Positions 25,155 to 37,758 of a DNA stretch of 64,000 bases are shown here, piece by piece (within the stretch, counting starts at the first letter, position 1; each line of letters starts with the position of its first letter). The position numbers and the translations under genes are program-made. This DNA is from Octopus sinensis (lineage: Eukaryota). The stretch covers positions 57,598,001 to 57,662,000 of the forward strand of contig NC_043006.1 in the NCBI RefSeq assembly GCF_006345805.1. The letters are read 5' to 3'. The notes below the pieces were generated by a model. It was given only the letters and a program-made list of their open reading frames with translations. It searched no databases and had not been told where the DNA came from.

Positions 25155-25540
25155 TATATCCTTTCTACTATAGACACAAGGCTTGAAATTGTGAGGAGGG
25201 GGCTAGTCGATTACATCGACCCCAGGGTTTTCACTTGTACTTAGTTTATCGACCCCGAAAGGATGAAAGGCAAAGTCGACTTTGGTGGAATTTGAACTCA
25301 GAGCGTAACGGCAGACGAAATAGGAGAGGCTAAACATAGAGAGGACAAACAAGGACAGACAAACGGATTATGTCGATTATATCGACCCCAGTGCGTAACT
25401 AGTACTTATTTAATCGACCCTGAAAGGATGAAAGGCAAAGTCGACCTCGGCGGAATTTGAACTCAGAACGTAGCGGCAGACGAAATACCGCTAAGTATTT
25501 CGCCCGGTGTGCTAACGATTCTGCCAATTCGCCGCCTTGC
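25155..25540 (-). mobile_element. Multimeric family B SINE
   Basis: Two reverse-complement B cores in tandem. Confidence 0.85.
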
Positions 25541-26002
25541 TAGCATTAAATAAATGAACAGCAATTTAAGTATTGTTTATTACAGGTAGGAAAAAATGTC
25601 CTCTTCTGTGAAGAAGCCAATTGTTCTACATCTACAAATATACAATCTTATAAAATGATTAATATGTAATTCGTTTCTTCCTCGGCAAAGGACGAATATG
25701 CGTTGCTAACGAGAACAGAATAATACTAATGCATGTACAGAGTTGTCTCCTGTACTAACCAGAGACGCGAAAACAATATTAGTTACAGATTAATATAATT
25801 TTTGTTTTGTCGCACAACATATATATTCTTATTCAACTATGTAATACTGCATTAACTATCTTTCGTTTTTCATTCGGCGGGAGGCTCTGAATTATTTGGT
25901 ATATTTAGTAGATCACAAATATTCGAGTCTAATTAGAGATTATTTATGTATGGGTGATATCAATAAGTTTGTCTGAGGGTCATGTTTGTTTCAAGCATAA
26001 TA

Positions 26003-26554
26003 TTGGGTTGTTCAGAAAGTTCGTGCTTACATTTCGACTTACTTTAGAACATAGTTGAGTCCATAAAATAGGATTCGACTACACCGCCATTTAGAGCACA
26101 GTTTAAGCTATCTTTTCGTGGAAGAAGGTTTATGTTCCTATAACCTGTGTTAATTCTGTAACCCTTTAAAATGGAAGATAAGAAAATTCCTTTTCAGCAC
26201 TTCGTACTTTGGGAACCAGACAAAAATTGCTGCAGCTCGGCTGGGATGTGTTACCCCACCCTCCATATTAACCAGATATTGCTCCTTCGGATTTCCACTT
26301 ATTCAGGTTTCTGCAGAATAGTCTTAATGATAAAAATTTCAATTCCTTGGATGACGTAAAAAGATACCTTGATGAATTCTTTGCCATGAAACCACCTCAA
26401 TTCTGGAAAGAAGGTATTTTCAAGCCAAAGGAAAGATGGAGACGCATTGTGCAACAAAATGGTTCATATTTGGTTGATTAAAAATGTAATGGCAAGTATC
26501 TATTGACTTTTTTCTTTCCTTTAAAAATCGGCACGAACTTTCCGGACAACCCAA
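26003..26554 (+). mobile_element. Mariner internal-deletion derivative with TIRs
   Basis: TA-flanked TIRs TTGGGTTGTTCAGAAAGTTCGTGC / GCACGAACTTTCCGGACAACCCAA. Contains frame-broken (H)PPY-PDIAPSDFHLFRFLQNSL...RWRRIVQQNGSYLVD. Confidence 0.9.
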
Positions 26555-26585
26555 TACAATATCATTAAATTATATCGGTGTTTAT

Positions 26586-26936
26586 TTGGCGTGTGATCTA
26601 CACCTTAAAAGGCGATTGCTTTAGGTTACTTTTTTAATTTACTTTACAATTTCTAAAAGCCCTTAAGATGTTGGCAAAATATTGTTGACAATGAATTCTT
26701 TTGTACATAATTAGCATTGTAAAAGTATTTCTTCAAAATTCTTGTTATTTTAATAATAATAAAACCATGTTTCATTTATGTCTTAATAAATAATAATAAG
26801 AAACCAAGAGTAAACAATATAATAATTAAAATAAGAGGGTAAATCACAAAAGTTTGGCAGCTGCGAGTTTTGTAACGTAAAGAAACTAAAAGCTAACCTA
26901 AAGTAATCGCCCTTGAAGTTGTGGATCACACGCCAA
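26586..26936. mobile_element. MITE with ~50-bp imperfect TIRs
   Basis: TTGGCGTGTGATCTACACCTTAAAAGGCGATTGCTTTAGGTTA matches the reverse complement of TAACCTAAAGTAATCGCCCTTGAAGTTGTGGATCACACGCCAA. Confidence 0.75.
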
Positions 26937-27049
26937 TGTAGTACCATTATATCTTTAAGCGACATTCGAAACCAGAACAATCGGAGTTTACTATTCAGTT
27001 AACATGTTAGATTGGATAATTTTGTAGGAATTTTTTATATTTTATTTGT

Positions 27050-27415
27050 TTCCGTTATTGGACTGCGGCCATGTTGGGGCACCGCGTTGTAGTGTTTTAG
27101 TCGAAAGAATCCACCCCAGTACTTATTTTTAAAAGTCTGGTACTTATTTTATTGGTAACTTTTGCCGAACTGCTAAGTTACAGGACGTATACAAACCAAC
27201 ACCGGTTGTCAAGTGGTAGTGAGAGACAAATACAAAGACGCGCGCGTGTACACACACACTCGACGGGCCTATTTCAGTTTCCGTTTCTGACAACTAAATT
27301 CAACCAGCCCAAGGCAATAATAACAAAAAACACTCTCACCCAAAAGTGCCACGCAGTGGGACTGATCTCAGAACCATGTAGTGAGGAAGGAAACTTCTGA
27401 CTAAACAACCACGCG
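27050..27415 (-). mobile_element. Family A SINE (diverged)
   Basis: Conserved motif order. Confidence 0.8.
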
Positions 27416-27715
27416 GAGCCTTCGTTGGTTCGGTCAAGGTTGACTATTTATCTGCTTCTGCATGCGCAGACCCTAGCATTCTCCACGCTACTGATGTCCA
27501 GGGAAAAAATCTTCGCCTTAAGGCCGACACAGTTTGACATTAGCGTCGTTGCAGGCGTTGGTCCAGAAGAGGTATTGCTCCAGCACTCCCGCTTTTCTAC
27601 CGTCCTGGACTGGTGGTTGTTTATCAATCTCCGAAAGAATGAAAGATAAGTTGACTTCGGCGAGATGTGAACTCAGAATCTAGAGGATCGGAACAAATAC
27701 TGCAAAATATTGTAT

Positions 27716-27827
27716 CTAAGTCGCTGCTTTATCCTCCGCTAAGTCGCTGTTTTATCCTCCGTTAAGTCGCTGCTTTATTCTCCGCTAAGTCGCTGCTTTA
27801 TCCTCCGCTAAGTCGCTGCTTTATTCC
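27716..27827. repeat. 23-bp minisatellite, about 5 copies
   Basis: Unit CTAAGTCGCTGCTTTATCCTCCG. Confidence 0.95.
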
Positions 27828-28121
27828 CGAAATTTGACCGTTCGCTTTGCAGCGTAAAAACCATTGGAAAAAAAGATATTAACCTGATGGAGAAATAACC
27901 GAATGGACTAAACAAAACAGGTGGAGACACATGGGATGGAGACTCGCTGGGGAGGTCACAGGATGTGTGACGAAAGATTTCCAGACAAATGACCTAAAGA
28001 TTTTAGTTTTGTGATGGTGTAGCATCGTGTATTTCTTTAATATTTGTGTAGTGATAATGTTTTTGGGACTTCTGTGCTGATACTTATCGTGTGTCTCTTT
28101 TGTAAGATATTTTTGTTGTGT

Positions 28122-28378
28122 CTCACAATCGTAAGGTTGCGCGTTCAATTCCCAGCGGCGCGTTGTGTTCTTGAACAAGGCACTTTATTTCCCGCTGATC
28201 CAGTCCACTCAGTCGGCAAAATGAGTACCTGTAATTGAAATGGCCAGCCTTGTCACATTGTGTCATGCTGAATCTTCTCGAGGATGACTTTAAGGGTACG
28301 TTTGTCTCTGGAGTGATCAGCTACTTGCAGATTAATTTCACGAGCAAGCTATTCTGCTGTTCGGAATAAATCTAGAAC
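28122..28378 (+). mobile_element. tRNA-derived SINE family C
   Basis: B-box-like GCGTTCAATTCC, then TTGAACAAGGCACTTT and CAGTCCACTCAGTCGGCAAAATGAGTACC. An inverted copy lies at 29824-30133. Confidence 0.8.
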
Positions 28379-29635
28379 ATGGTTTCCTTTCATAGTAAAG
28401 TCAATGACTTGTAGCTCGCTGTAGAAATCGATGCTAAAGTTAAAATCTCAGGGTTGATATTAGATAGGCAATACGCGATGATTGTTAAGGAGTGGGGGTG
28501 GAGGAATTATGGGATATTAGAACATTGCATAACGAATTTTGAAAGAACGCAAGGATATGAATGCGTATAAAAGTGGAGATATATGATGTGATGGATTTAT
28601 TGATGCGTTTATGTGCGAAAGTGGAAGTTTTTCACAAGTTTTCACAAGCGAAATGGAGATAAAAAAAGCGGTGAAATAAAACGCTTGCCAGCAATAATCA
28701 AAACTGAATTAGAAATCCAACTTGCTTACATTTTTTGGATACATTAACAGTTCTAGCTGTGTCAGAATAACCTATCATATTCGTTGTGTAAAATCTGGAA
28801 ACAAAAGATTTGACAATGGTTAGTGTCGGCAGCAATTAATCAAAAAACGAATTTATAAAAGAAGCTGATATGTTAATTTTTCAACAAGAATTGAAAGCAA
28901 TTTACGTTTCTGAATGTTCTTGGTCTTAAGCCTTCAGCTGAGACTGAGAATAAGACAAAAAAAAAAGTGTTACTGCTATACTGATTTTTGACATACTCAC
29001 AAATATAGATTTATCAACAGCGAACTGGCAGGTTCACGAGAGCGTAAGACAAAATGCTTTGTGGTATTACAGCCGGTTCTCAGTATTTTGAGCTTAAATC
29101 GACTTCACAATTCATTTATTTTGGTAGGGTGAGGGGAGTTCAATATAGAGCCGCGGATTAGCGGAACTGTTAGAACATTGGGCAAGATGTGATGCCTTGT
29201 AGTGTTTGTTTCAGCTCTTTGGGTTCCGAGTTCTTGAGAGGCAGTCTTAATCCTTCGTTCAATGCAACATCAAGACCTGGCAGTTTGGTTCCTTTTCATA
29301 AAAATTTAACTATTCTAACAATACAAGTCTGTATCTTAAAATATATGGAATTGCTTTTTTTGTCAGTACATCTATTAAATATTTTCCGATTGCTTCTTTT
29401 AAAAATGACATTACGGCATTTTTTTACGGCACTGATATACAAGTATTTAACTATTTTAGTTAATTAATAATTTGGTGTTATCTTTTTGATCAGAATTAGA
29501 CATTATAAAATTACTACAGCTGTAATTTGAAATAATTAAAATTTCAGTAATAGACACCGTTATGTGTTGAAAATCGTTGACTTTCGATAACAATGGAAAC
29601 AACTGTTGCAAATTAAAATAGTATTCTGTATATCT

Positions 29636-29716
<81 letters not shown>

Positions 29717-29717
29717 A

Positions 29718-29787
<70 letters not shown>

Positions 29788-29823
29788 CATGTATGTATGT
29801 ATGTATGTATGTATGTATATATA

Positions 29824-30133
29824 AGGAGCACTTCGTCGGTTACGACGACGAGGGTTCCAGCTGATACGATCAACGGAACAACCTGCTCGTGAAATTAAAG
29901 TGCATGTGGCTGAGCACTCCACAGATACGTGTACCCTTAACATAGTTCTCAGGGAGATTCAGCGTGACACAGGGTGTGACAAGGCTGGCCCTTTGAAATA
30001 CAGATATACAATCCATTTTTGCCAACTGAGTGGACTGGAGCAACGTGAAATAAAGTGTCTTCCTCAAGTGATACGCAATGGGACTGAACATGTGGTTGGG
30101 ATGCAAGCTTCTTACCACACAGCCACGTCTGCG
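29824..30133 (-). mobile_element. tRNA-derived SINE family C
   Basis: Reverse-complement match to 28122-28378. Confidence 0.8.
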
Positions 30134-30134
30134 C

Positions 30135-30302
<168 letters not shown>

Positions 30303-31050
30303 CGGGGTGGTATCACAAAGTTCTCAGGCAAGTTATGTTTAATAAAAATTAATTTGTTTACCTTAGTTTTAACATCATCTACTTCAAAATAATAACCTTG
30401 GGCAATAGATCGGTCCCAGCGTTTCTAGCACTTTCGGAATCCGGCCTGAAAGTTGTTTTCCGTAAGTGAGTCGAGGACCTTCTGCGCTTCCCTCTTGATC
30501 TCGGCATTGGTTTTAAAACGGTGACCTTTGAGCAGCATTTTCATCTTGGAGAAGAGATGGAAGCCCGCAGGTGCTAAATCTGGTGAATAGGCGTGTGCGG
30601 AAGCGATACCATGCTATTTTTGGAGAGAACCTCTCGAGTGAGGAGACATTGGTGACAGGGTGCATTGTCGTCGTGAAGGATCAAATTCTTCGCTCGCCAC
30701 GGATCCGGTCGCTTTCACCAAATGTCCTTCCTCAAACGCTTCAAAACGTCGCAGTAGAACTCACGATTGACGTCCTGGCCCTGGGTACGAATTCTCGATG
30801 TACAATGCCGCGTATGTCGAAAAAAAAACGATAAGCATGTTCTTGATTGAGCTGCGGCTCTTTTATGCCTTCTTCAGTCGTGAAAATGAAGGACTCTTCC
30901 ATTGTGACGACTGCTGCATCGTCTCATGATCGACCCGTAGACCAACACCGGTGATGATCTTCGACATGAAGGATGAGTCATCAGCGGCATACTGACGAAA
31001 ATCTTGTCCGACTTCGAAGTGATGTCCTCCTTTCTGGTCAGTGGTCAGCA
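30303..31050 (-). mobile_element. Mariner transposon fragment
   Basis: TA-flanked end CGGGGTGGTATCACAAAGTTC. Degenerate transposase with FMSKIITG...HETMQQSSQWKSPS and a YSPDLAP-like segment. Confidence 0.8.
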
Positions 31051-31482
31051 AGTGGGGATTTTAGATTTATTACGCAATAAATCTAAATAACAGAAAAACC
31101 AGTGACAGGTAGTGCCTTCTTGAAAAAAATTTCAGTTACAACTCTGATGTTGTTGGTTAAAAATGTTCTTTGTCTATCTCTTTATCCTGTTGGAGATTTT
31201 GGGTAAAATTATACTAATGTGTCCTTCTAATTTGATTAAATTCTATGTCTTTGTGCAGCTGAAGATTGCTTTACATTCTGAATTGATGCAATAAAATGAT
31301 TGCATTGTTCAATTAAATGGAGTCGTATGAAACGATCGTACTGCATTACCTCTGGATATACTTGTGGCTTATTTTGATTATATATATATCTCCTTCTTCT
31401 TTTCTTTCCTGAGCGTCCAAAAATACTTTATTTGTTCCACATCCTTGCGTTGTTGTGTTTTTTTATTTTCTTGTTTGGATTA

Positions 31483-31527
<45 letters not shown>

Positions 31528-31589
31528 TTTTACTCATTTACAAATGTAATTAGTCATGTAATTAGAAGCTACTTTCTCGCTTTGTAGAA

Positions 31590-32540
31590 TAAAATAGGCA
31601 CTTCTGATGACTAGGCAATGGGAAACTCGTCGTCACGTATCGTACGTTTGGAGCGCATTGATGACATTACAACGAAAATCTTCTCGATTAAACGCGAGTT
31701 CTCCAGATGCTTTGCCATCCTTACCCAACCAGGCTTTGGTATTGTCCATCCATTGCTTTCTTTGCCTGCCTCTCGATTTATTGCTCTCTACTCTTTCTTC
31801 GTGATAACGCTTTCCACACTTCTGCTTCTTCGAATATGGCCGCTACATACGAGCTTTTGTGTTTCTTACAATGTTCTAGAGCCGTCTTTCATTTTATAGC
31901 ATTCATTCATTTGTCCGATGATCCTTGTATGAGACACCCACATTTCAAACGCATTGATTATGCTCTCTTCAAATGTGCTCCGGGTTCATTCTTCGCAACC
32001 ATAAACGCTTATTGGCTAAATGAACGCTGGCACTTGCTTTGTTTTTAAATTAGTTGGGACGCTTTTACTGGTCCAGATGTTATTAATCTTTACCATAGAC
32101 ATTCTTGTCATGGCCTAATTTCTCTCTTACTTGTGGCTTCATCAGAGATTTGGTCTCCAAAACACTTGTACAATTCAACCTGTTTGAGCCTCCCACAGCC
32201 CAGTTTGATGCTAGCATGTTTTTGCGCTTTTTCTCCCACCACGACTTTTGTTTTATGACTGAGATAAAGAATATGCGTATTTCATACCTTCTCGATTTTA
32301 TTTATCATTTCTTGTAATCTGGCTTCAGTCTTGCCAACTTGAACAGTATCGTCTTCATACCTTGGATTAGAAATAGGCAAGTCATTTATTTTGACGCCAT
32401 CTTTTTTCCTGTATTGCTTTTTGCATTATCCACTCAGTATAGATAGTGAACAAGCATGAAGAAAGAATACAGCCTTGACGGACTCAGTTTTGAACTTTTC
32501 TGTGTTCTCATTATTTACTTGAATACAAGACTCTTGTAAA
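31590..32540 (-). mobile_element. RTE-clade LINE 3' fragment
   Basis: The minus strand gives VRQGCILSSCLFTIY...GVKINDLPISNPRYEDDTV (RT) and an RTE-like C-terminus. Confidence 0.8.
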
Positions 32541-32869
32541 AGAATGTAAAACTGATTGGTGATCTAAATAAGGAAACCCTATTGGAACTGTTTTCAGTGT
32601 GTTTTGCAGTGGGAGCCCGATTGGTTGGCTAAAGGCTAACTGCATGTCTATTAAGTGAGCGCATATACAAGTATTCGCATTTTTGCCTTGTAAACACTGT
32701 TTCAATATTTAGTAAAACACACACACACACGCCCCCCCCCCATATATATATATATATGTATATACACACACACACACACACATGTATGTATGTATGTATG
32801 TATGTATGTATGTATGTATGTATGTATGTATATATGCATGCATGTATATCTGTAAGCATGAGAGTGCAG

Positions 32870-33458
32870 AGAGAGAATGAAAGATAGGGAAAACGCGTAA
32901 ACTCTCTCTCTCAGGATATGCGTAAACCCTCTCTCTCAGGAATCTCTCAGGCCATTCAAAGTAGACCTCACACATGGTTCCAGCAAGATGGGGCAACTGT
33001 TCATACTGCAAGAAAAACAATGCATTTGCTCCATTCTTTGGAGACAGAATAATCTCTCGCTACGGCAATGTCAACTGGCCTCCACGTTCTCCAGACTTGA
33101 CCAGCCCAGATTTTTCCTTGTGGGGATACCTGAAAGAGAGGGTTTACGTCAACAAACCGGAGATCCTGTTGCAACTGAGGGAGAACATCAATAGAGAAAT
33201 CAGAGAGGTGGGGTCTGAAACTCATGTGGGTGTTATGCCGTAAGCTTTTGGAAAGAGCACGGGCGTGCGAAGCCGAAAATGGCAGTCATTTAAGCGATGT
33301 GATTTTTCATATGTAATGTAGTGGTGTTGCAAAATTTGACTTGTGCATATTAATTTCCATTATGTCCTTTATATTGTATCAAAATTGCATGCATTTATTT
33401 GTAAAGTTAAGGAAGTTATTAAAAATTGAAACCCATCAGTGACTTTTGGGACACCTTG
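32870..33458 (+). mobile_element. Tc1/mariner-superfamily transposon 3' part
   Basis: QDGATVH...NWPPRSPDLTSPDFSLWGYLKERVYVNKP. Terminal GGACACCTTG followed by TA. Confidence 0.85.
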
Positions 33459-33473
33459 TACTCTCTCCCCCCC

Positions 33474-33525
<52 letters not shown>

Positions 33526-33878
33526 TTTCTGTTTCAAGTCCTATATGACGTCATTTTCCATTAGCGTTACTTCTACACTCGTCTCGTCTTAATGTTGTCT
33601 CATAACCGTAAAACCATTAACTGCTTGTGTCGTCTGCTTTCGTCATCGGCCTTTACGTTCTTTACGTTCGCTCACTTATATCCACCACCTTTTTACTGTT
33701 GACGTCACCAAAATGAACGCGATCTTATCGTCAATGCCCCGCATTTGTAATGATTTTTGAATGATAACTGACGAGGGAAGCACATGTTCACGCCTTGTGT
33801 ATGAATTTTCGTGCGTTCTTTTGTCGTACTTTTGTGCAATTTTTTGTATATATATAATATATTATATATATATAATAT

Positions 33879-33915
<37 letters not shown>

Positions 33916-34195
33916 GTAACTTCTTTTCCTCTTTTTTTCTCCATCTCTTATTTTTCTCATTTCTCTGTTTGTCTCTTCTCTCTCACTCTTTCTTTCTCTC
34001 TCTCTCTCTGCGTGTGCGCGTGTGTGTTCGTATGAATATATGAGGATATATGTATATAATATACATACACATATAAATGTATGTTTAAATGTATGCATAT
34101 AATGTATTATATATATATATATATATATATATAATATGTAAGTATATAAATACAAATATGTATATATATGTTCATCTGCACGCACTCGCGCGCCC

Positions 34196-34250
<55 letters not shown>

Positions 34251-34414
34251 CATATAGATGCCTCAGCATGGTCGCAGTCGCAGTCTAATGACTGAAACAA
34301 AAGATAAAAGATATGATATATAATTATACATACACAGATGTCTGTAGTAGCATATATATGTGTGAATGAATGTGTGTACGTGGGTATGAGGGATTGCACA
34401 TCTTAGTGATATAT

Positions 34415-34454
<40 letters not shown>

Positions 34455-34472
34455 AGACCGTTTTCTGTTCTC

Positions 34473-34573
<101 letters not shown>

Positions 34574-34855
34574 CATAATCACTGGTCGTACCTGTTTGCC
34601 AGTGCTGGAATTTCAATCATGATACCAAGTAGTTCATGGTGAATTCTAACCATACAGTCGGTAACTGGAACCCGTGCTGTTGCTGCTGCTGCTGCTGCTG
34701 CTGCTGGGCGGCGGCGGCGGCGGTTACTGCTCTTGTTGTTATTGTTGTTGTCGCTACTGCTCATATTGCTGCTGCTGTTCTTTGTTTATTTTGATGTTGT
34801 TGCTTAGCCCGAGGTCGACCTGGGACGAACAGGCGTATATATTATAAATTTATAA

Positions 34856-35430
34856 GGCGGCGAGCTGGCAGAAACGTTAGCACGCCGGGCGAAATGCGTA
34901 GCCGTATTTCGTCTGTCGTTACGTTGTGAGTTCAAATTCCGCCGAGGTCGACTTTGCCTTTCATCCCTTCGGGGTCGATAAATAAAGTACCAGTTACGCA
35001 CTGGGGTCGATGTAATCGACTTAATCTCTTTGTCTGTCCTTGTTTGTCCCCTCTATGTTTAGCCCCTTGTGGGCAATAAAGAAATATGTATATTATCGAT
35101 TTATTGCCCCTGTCATTGGACTGCGGCCATGCTGGGGCGCCACCTTGAAGGGAGATTTTACTGAACAACTCGACCCAAGTACTTAGTTTATTTATTTTTT
35201 ATAAAAGAAATTGGTACATATTCTATCATTCGCTTTTGCTGAATGATAGAATTCGAGGACGTAAACTAACCACCAATAGTTCTTAAGGGTGGTGGCTGGA
35301 GGAGGGAACAAACACACAAATATATTTGACGGGATTCCATACAGTTTCCCATCTACCAAATTTACTCTTAAGGTGACGTGCAGTGGAACTGAACTCAAAA
35401 TCACCTGTTTGCAAAGCGGGCTTCTTAACT
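34856..35430. mobile_element. Family B SINE (+, 34856-35086) followed by family A SINE (-, ~35100-35430)
   Basis: Motif matches to both families. Confidence 0.85.
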
Positions 35431-36042
35431 ACAGTCAAGACCGCTTCTGTAAAGTCAAAGACGTTCTGTCTTATTTACGAGACTGTATGTGTGGAATTAC
35501 AATGTGTCCTTCTTATGCTACGACAGTCTGGTCAAGTTTAAATGAAGTTTGGTTAGTATTTCTAGCAGAATGAGCCGTTACATATAACTACACTGATATG
35601 TCACTACTGTTACTACTACTACTACTGCTACTACTACTACTGCTGCTGCTGTTGTTGTTGTTGTTGTTGTTAAGAAACAAGACGGGTAAGGGTGATTAGG
35701 TGATGGTCTAGGGCTTAGGGGCGGGAGACCCCAGACCTTGGCAAAAAAAAAACTTTGGTCGTCTTGTTGTAGTCGAGGGTTCTTCGTTGACGCCCGACAC
35801 CACTGGGAGGTGGCCCTCGAAGTCGCTGGAAATGGAGATCCAAATTCTTGAACGGCTGCTGCTGGTGCTATTGCTACTGTAATTGGTGTTGTTTGTCACT
35901 CATATTTGTTCTGATCGAGTAAATCTGTGGCTAAAGGTATTCCACCCGTGACCATCCTAATTAGAGTATTATTTAGGACTACATTATCTAATGTACATCC
36001 CAGATATTTTAGAATAGTGGTATAGGATTTGTGGGAGATTTG

Positions 36043-36276
36043 TAAGGCGGCGAGCTGGCAGAATCGTTAGGACGGTGGGCGAAATGCTTAGCGGTATTTC
36101 GTTTGCCATTACGTTGTGAGTTCAAATCCCGCCGAGGTCGACTTTGCCTTTCATCCTTTCGGGGTCGATAAATTAAGTACCAGTTACACACTGGGGTCGA
36201 TGTAATCGACTTAATATCTATGTCTGTCCTTGTTTGTCCCCTCTATGTTTAGCCCCTTGTGGGTAATAAAGAAATA
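36043..36276 (+). mobile_element. Family B SINE with 24-bp TSD
   Basis: GGTATAGGATTTGTGGGAGATTTG at 36019-36042 and 36277-36300. Confidence 0.95.
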
Positions 36277-36427
36277 GGTATAGGATTTGTGGGAGATTTG
36301 GTTGTTATTTCTAACAGGCCAAGCCCCTGTCGGTGATACGCTATCGTTGTTGTCGTTGTTCCTGCTTATGTTATATTAGTGAATTGAGGTCGTTGTCTTG
36401 TCTTCTAAATCTCTCACCGCTCTCATC

Positions 36428-36514
36428 AATGTTCTCTAGAGAAATTCAGCAAACACCAGAACATGTCTTACCCGCTTATGTTCTGGTGTTTGCTGAATTT
36501 CTCTAGAGAACATT
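36428..36514. repeat. Perfect 37-bp inverted repeat with 13-nt loop
   Basis: AATGTTCTCTAGAGAAATTCAGCAAACACCAGAACAT - GTCTTACCCGCTT - exact reverse complement. Confidence 0.95.
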
Positions 36515-36884
36515 CTTTCTTTGTGGTTAGATCGTAGATGATCTTCTTCTAGCATATTGGATGTCCACTTAGTGGTCATTCCTTATTATACGCATGTATT
36601 ACAATTTTTCTGAATTCTCAGATTTTTCTATATGCTAGGCTACTGGTTTTAAATTGATGTTAATCAAATTAATATTCAATTTATCACCCTCATTATTTAA
36701 ATTTTAAATAATTATGTTCTCTAACCAGCGACATTAACTGCAGTGAATTATCTACTGCGGAACTCTTTCCGGGATTTGGCGCGCCAGAACTTAGACATTT
36801 GAAAATAACCCCAATGTAATCGGTAGAACTATACACTCGTCTAATTTTATGAGGACAACTCGTGTATAGTTCTATAAATTATAG

Positions 36885-37184
36885 TGAATTGGAACGATCG
36901 TACTGAAGAGTCCACAGAAGATGATTACGTAAGTAAAATCGTTAGTGGCGAAATCGGTCTACTATTAATTCGATATTTTGTATATTATCATCTGTCTTAC
37001 CCGCTTATGTTCTGGTGTTTGTTGAATTTCTTTAGAGAACATTCTTTTCATGTGCTTTCAGTGTATCCCAATGGTGCATTGCCTAGATCAAGTTGTGGTT
37101 TTCGGGATTGCAGACCTATGGGCAGTGCAATTCATAGTCCGGAAATTATGGTACACGAATGTTTGTCATTGTTTTCCACGTTGA
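36885..37184 (+). other. Candidate spliced mini-gene: acidic micro-exon plus Cys-containing terminal exon (unverified)
   Basis: AG|36885-36928 (V)NWNDRTEESTEDDY|GTAAGT, a 133-nt intron ending TGCTTTCAG, then 37062-37184 CIPMVHCLDQVVVFGIADLWAVQFIVRKLWYTNVCHCFPR-stop in matching phase 0. AATAAA at 37316. No first exon identified. Confidence 0.3.
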
Positions 37185-37617
37185 TTATCCTGCGTTTTAT
37201 AGGAGACCGCGAATCATCGAAAAAACTGTAAGGGAACCGGCACACAAATTTTTTTGATAGGTTTGACAATCAATGCCCTAGAGTTTCTTGGATGTGTAGA
37301 TAGCTCCTCAAACAGAATAAAACAATGCTATTGAATATTTGCTTTACTGGTGACATATATTGAGGTAGAAACACGTACCCGCACTGTCCTCTCCTCCCCA
37401 GAAGAAAACAAAAAATAAGAAAAAAGGAGTCTCTTTTTTTACGTGGCATGTTAAACTGGAGAATTGTTGATTACTTGAGATTATCTCTCCCTTTCATTCA
37501 GAGTCGTTTGCACATTCCAGTGGGTGTTTGTTTACCGTTTCTCGAAACGAAAATGATTTTAATAAACTGTCTTCGCATGTCACTGGCCTCCGACTTATTT
37601 CTCGACACCCATTTTCG

Positions 37618-37690
<73 letters not shown>

Positions 37691-37713
37691 TGCGTGTGTG
37701 AGTGCGTGCGCGC

Positions 37714-37758
<45 letters not shown>

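Noticed and set aside
27716-27827. Short regular repeats (here and at 41943-42071) as CRISPR-like arrays
   Set aside because: Head-to-tail units without unique spacers, in a eukaryotic context with no cas genes.
29548-29621. Phase-1 acceptor followed by VIDTVMC*KSLTFDNNGNNCCKLK-stop
   Set aside because: Internal TGA, only three Cys, and too short for the six-Cys motif.
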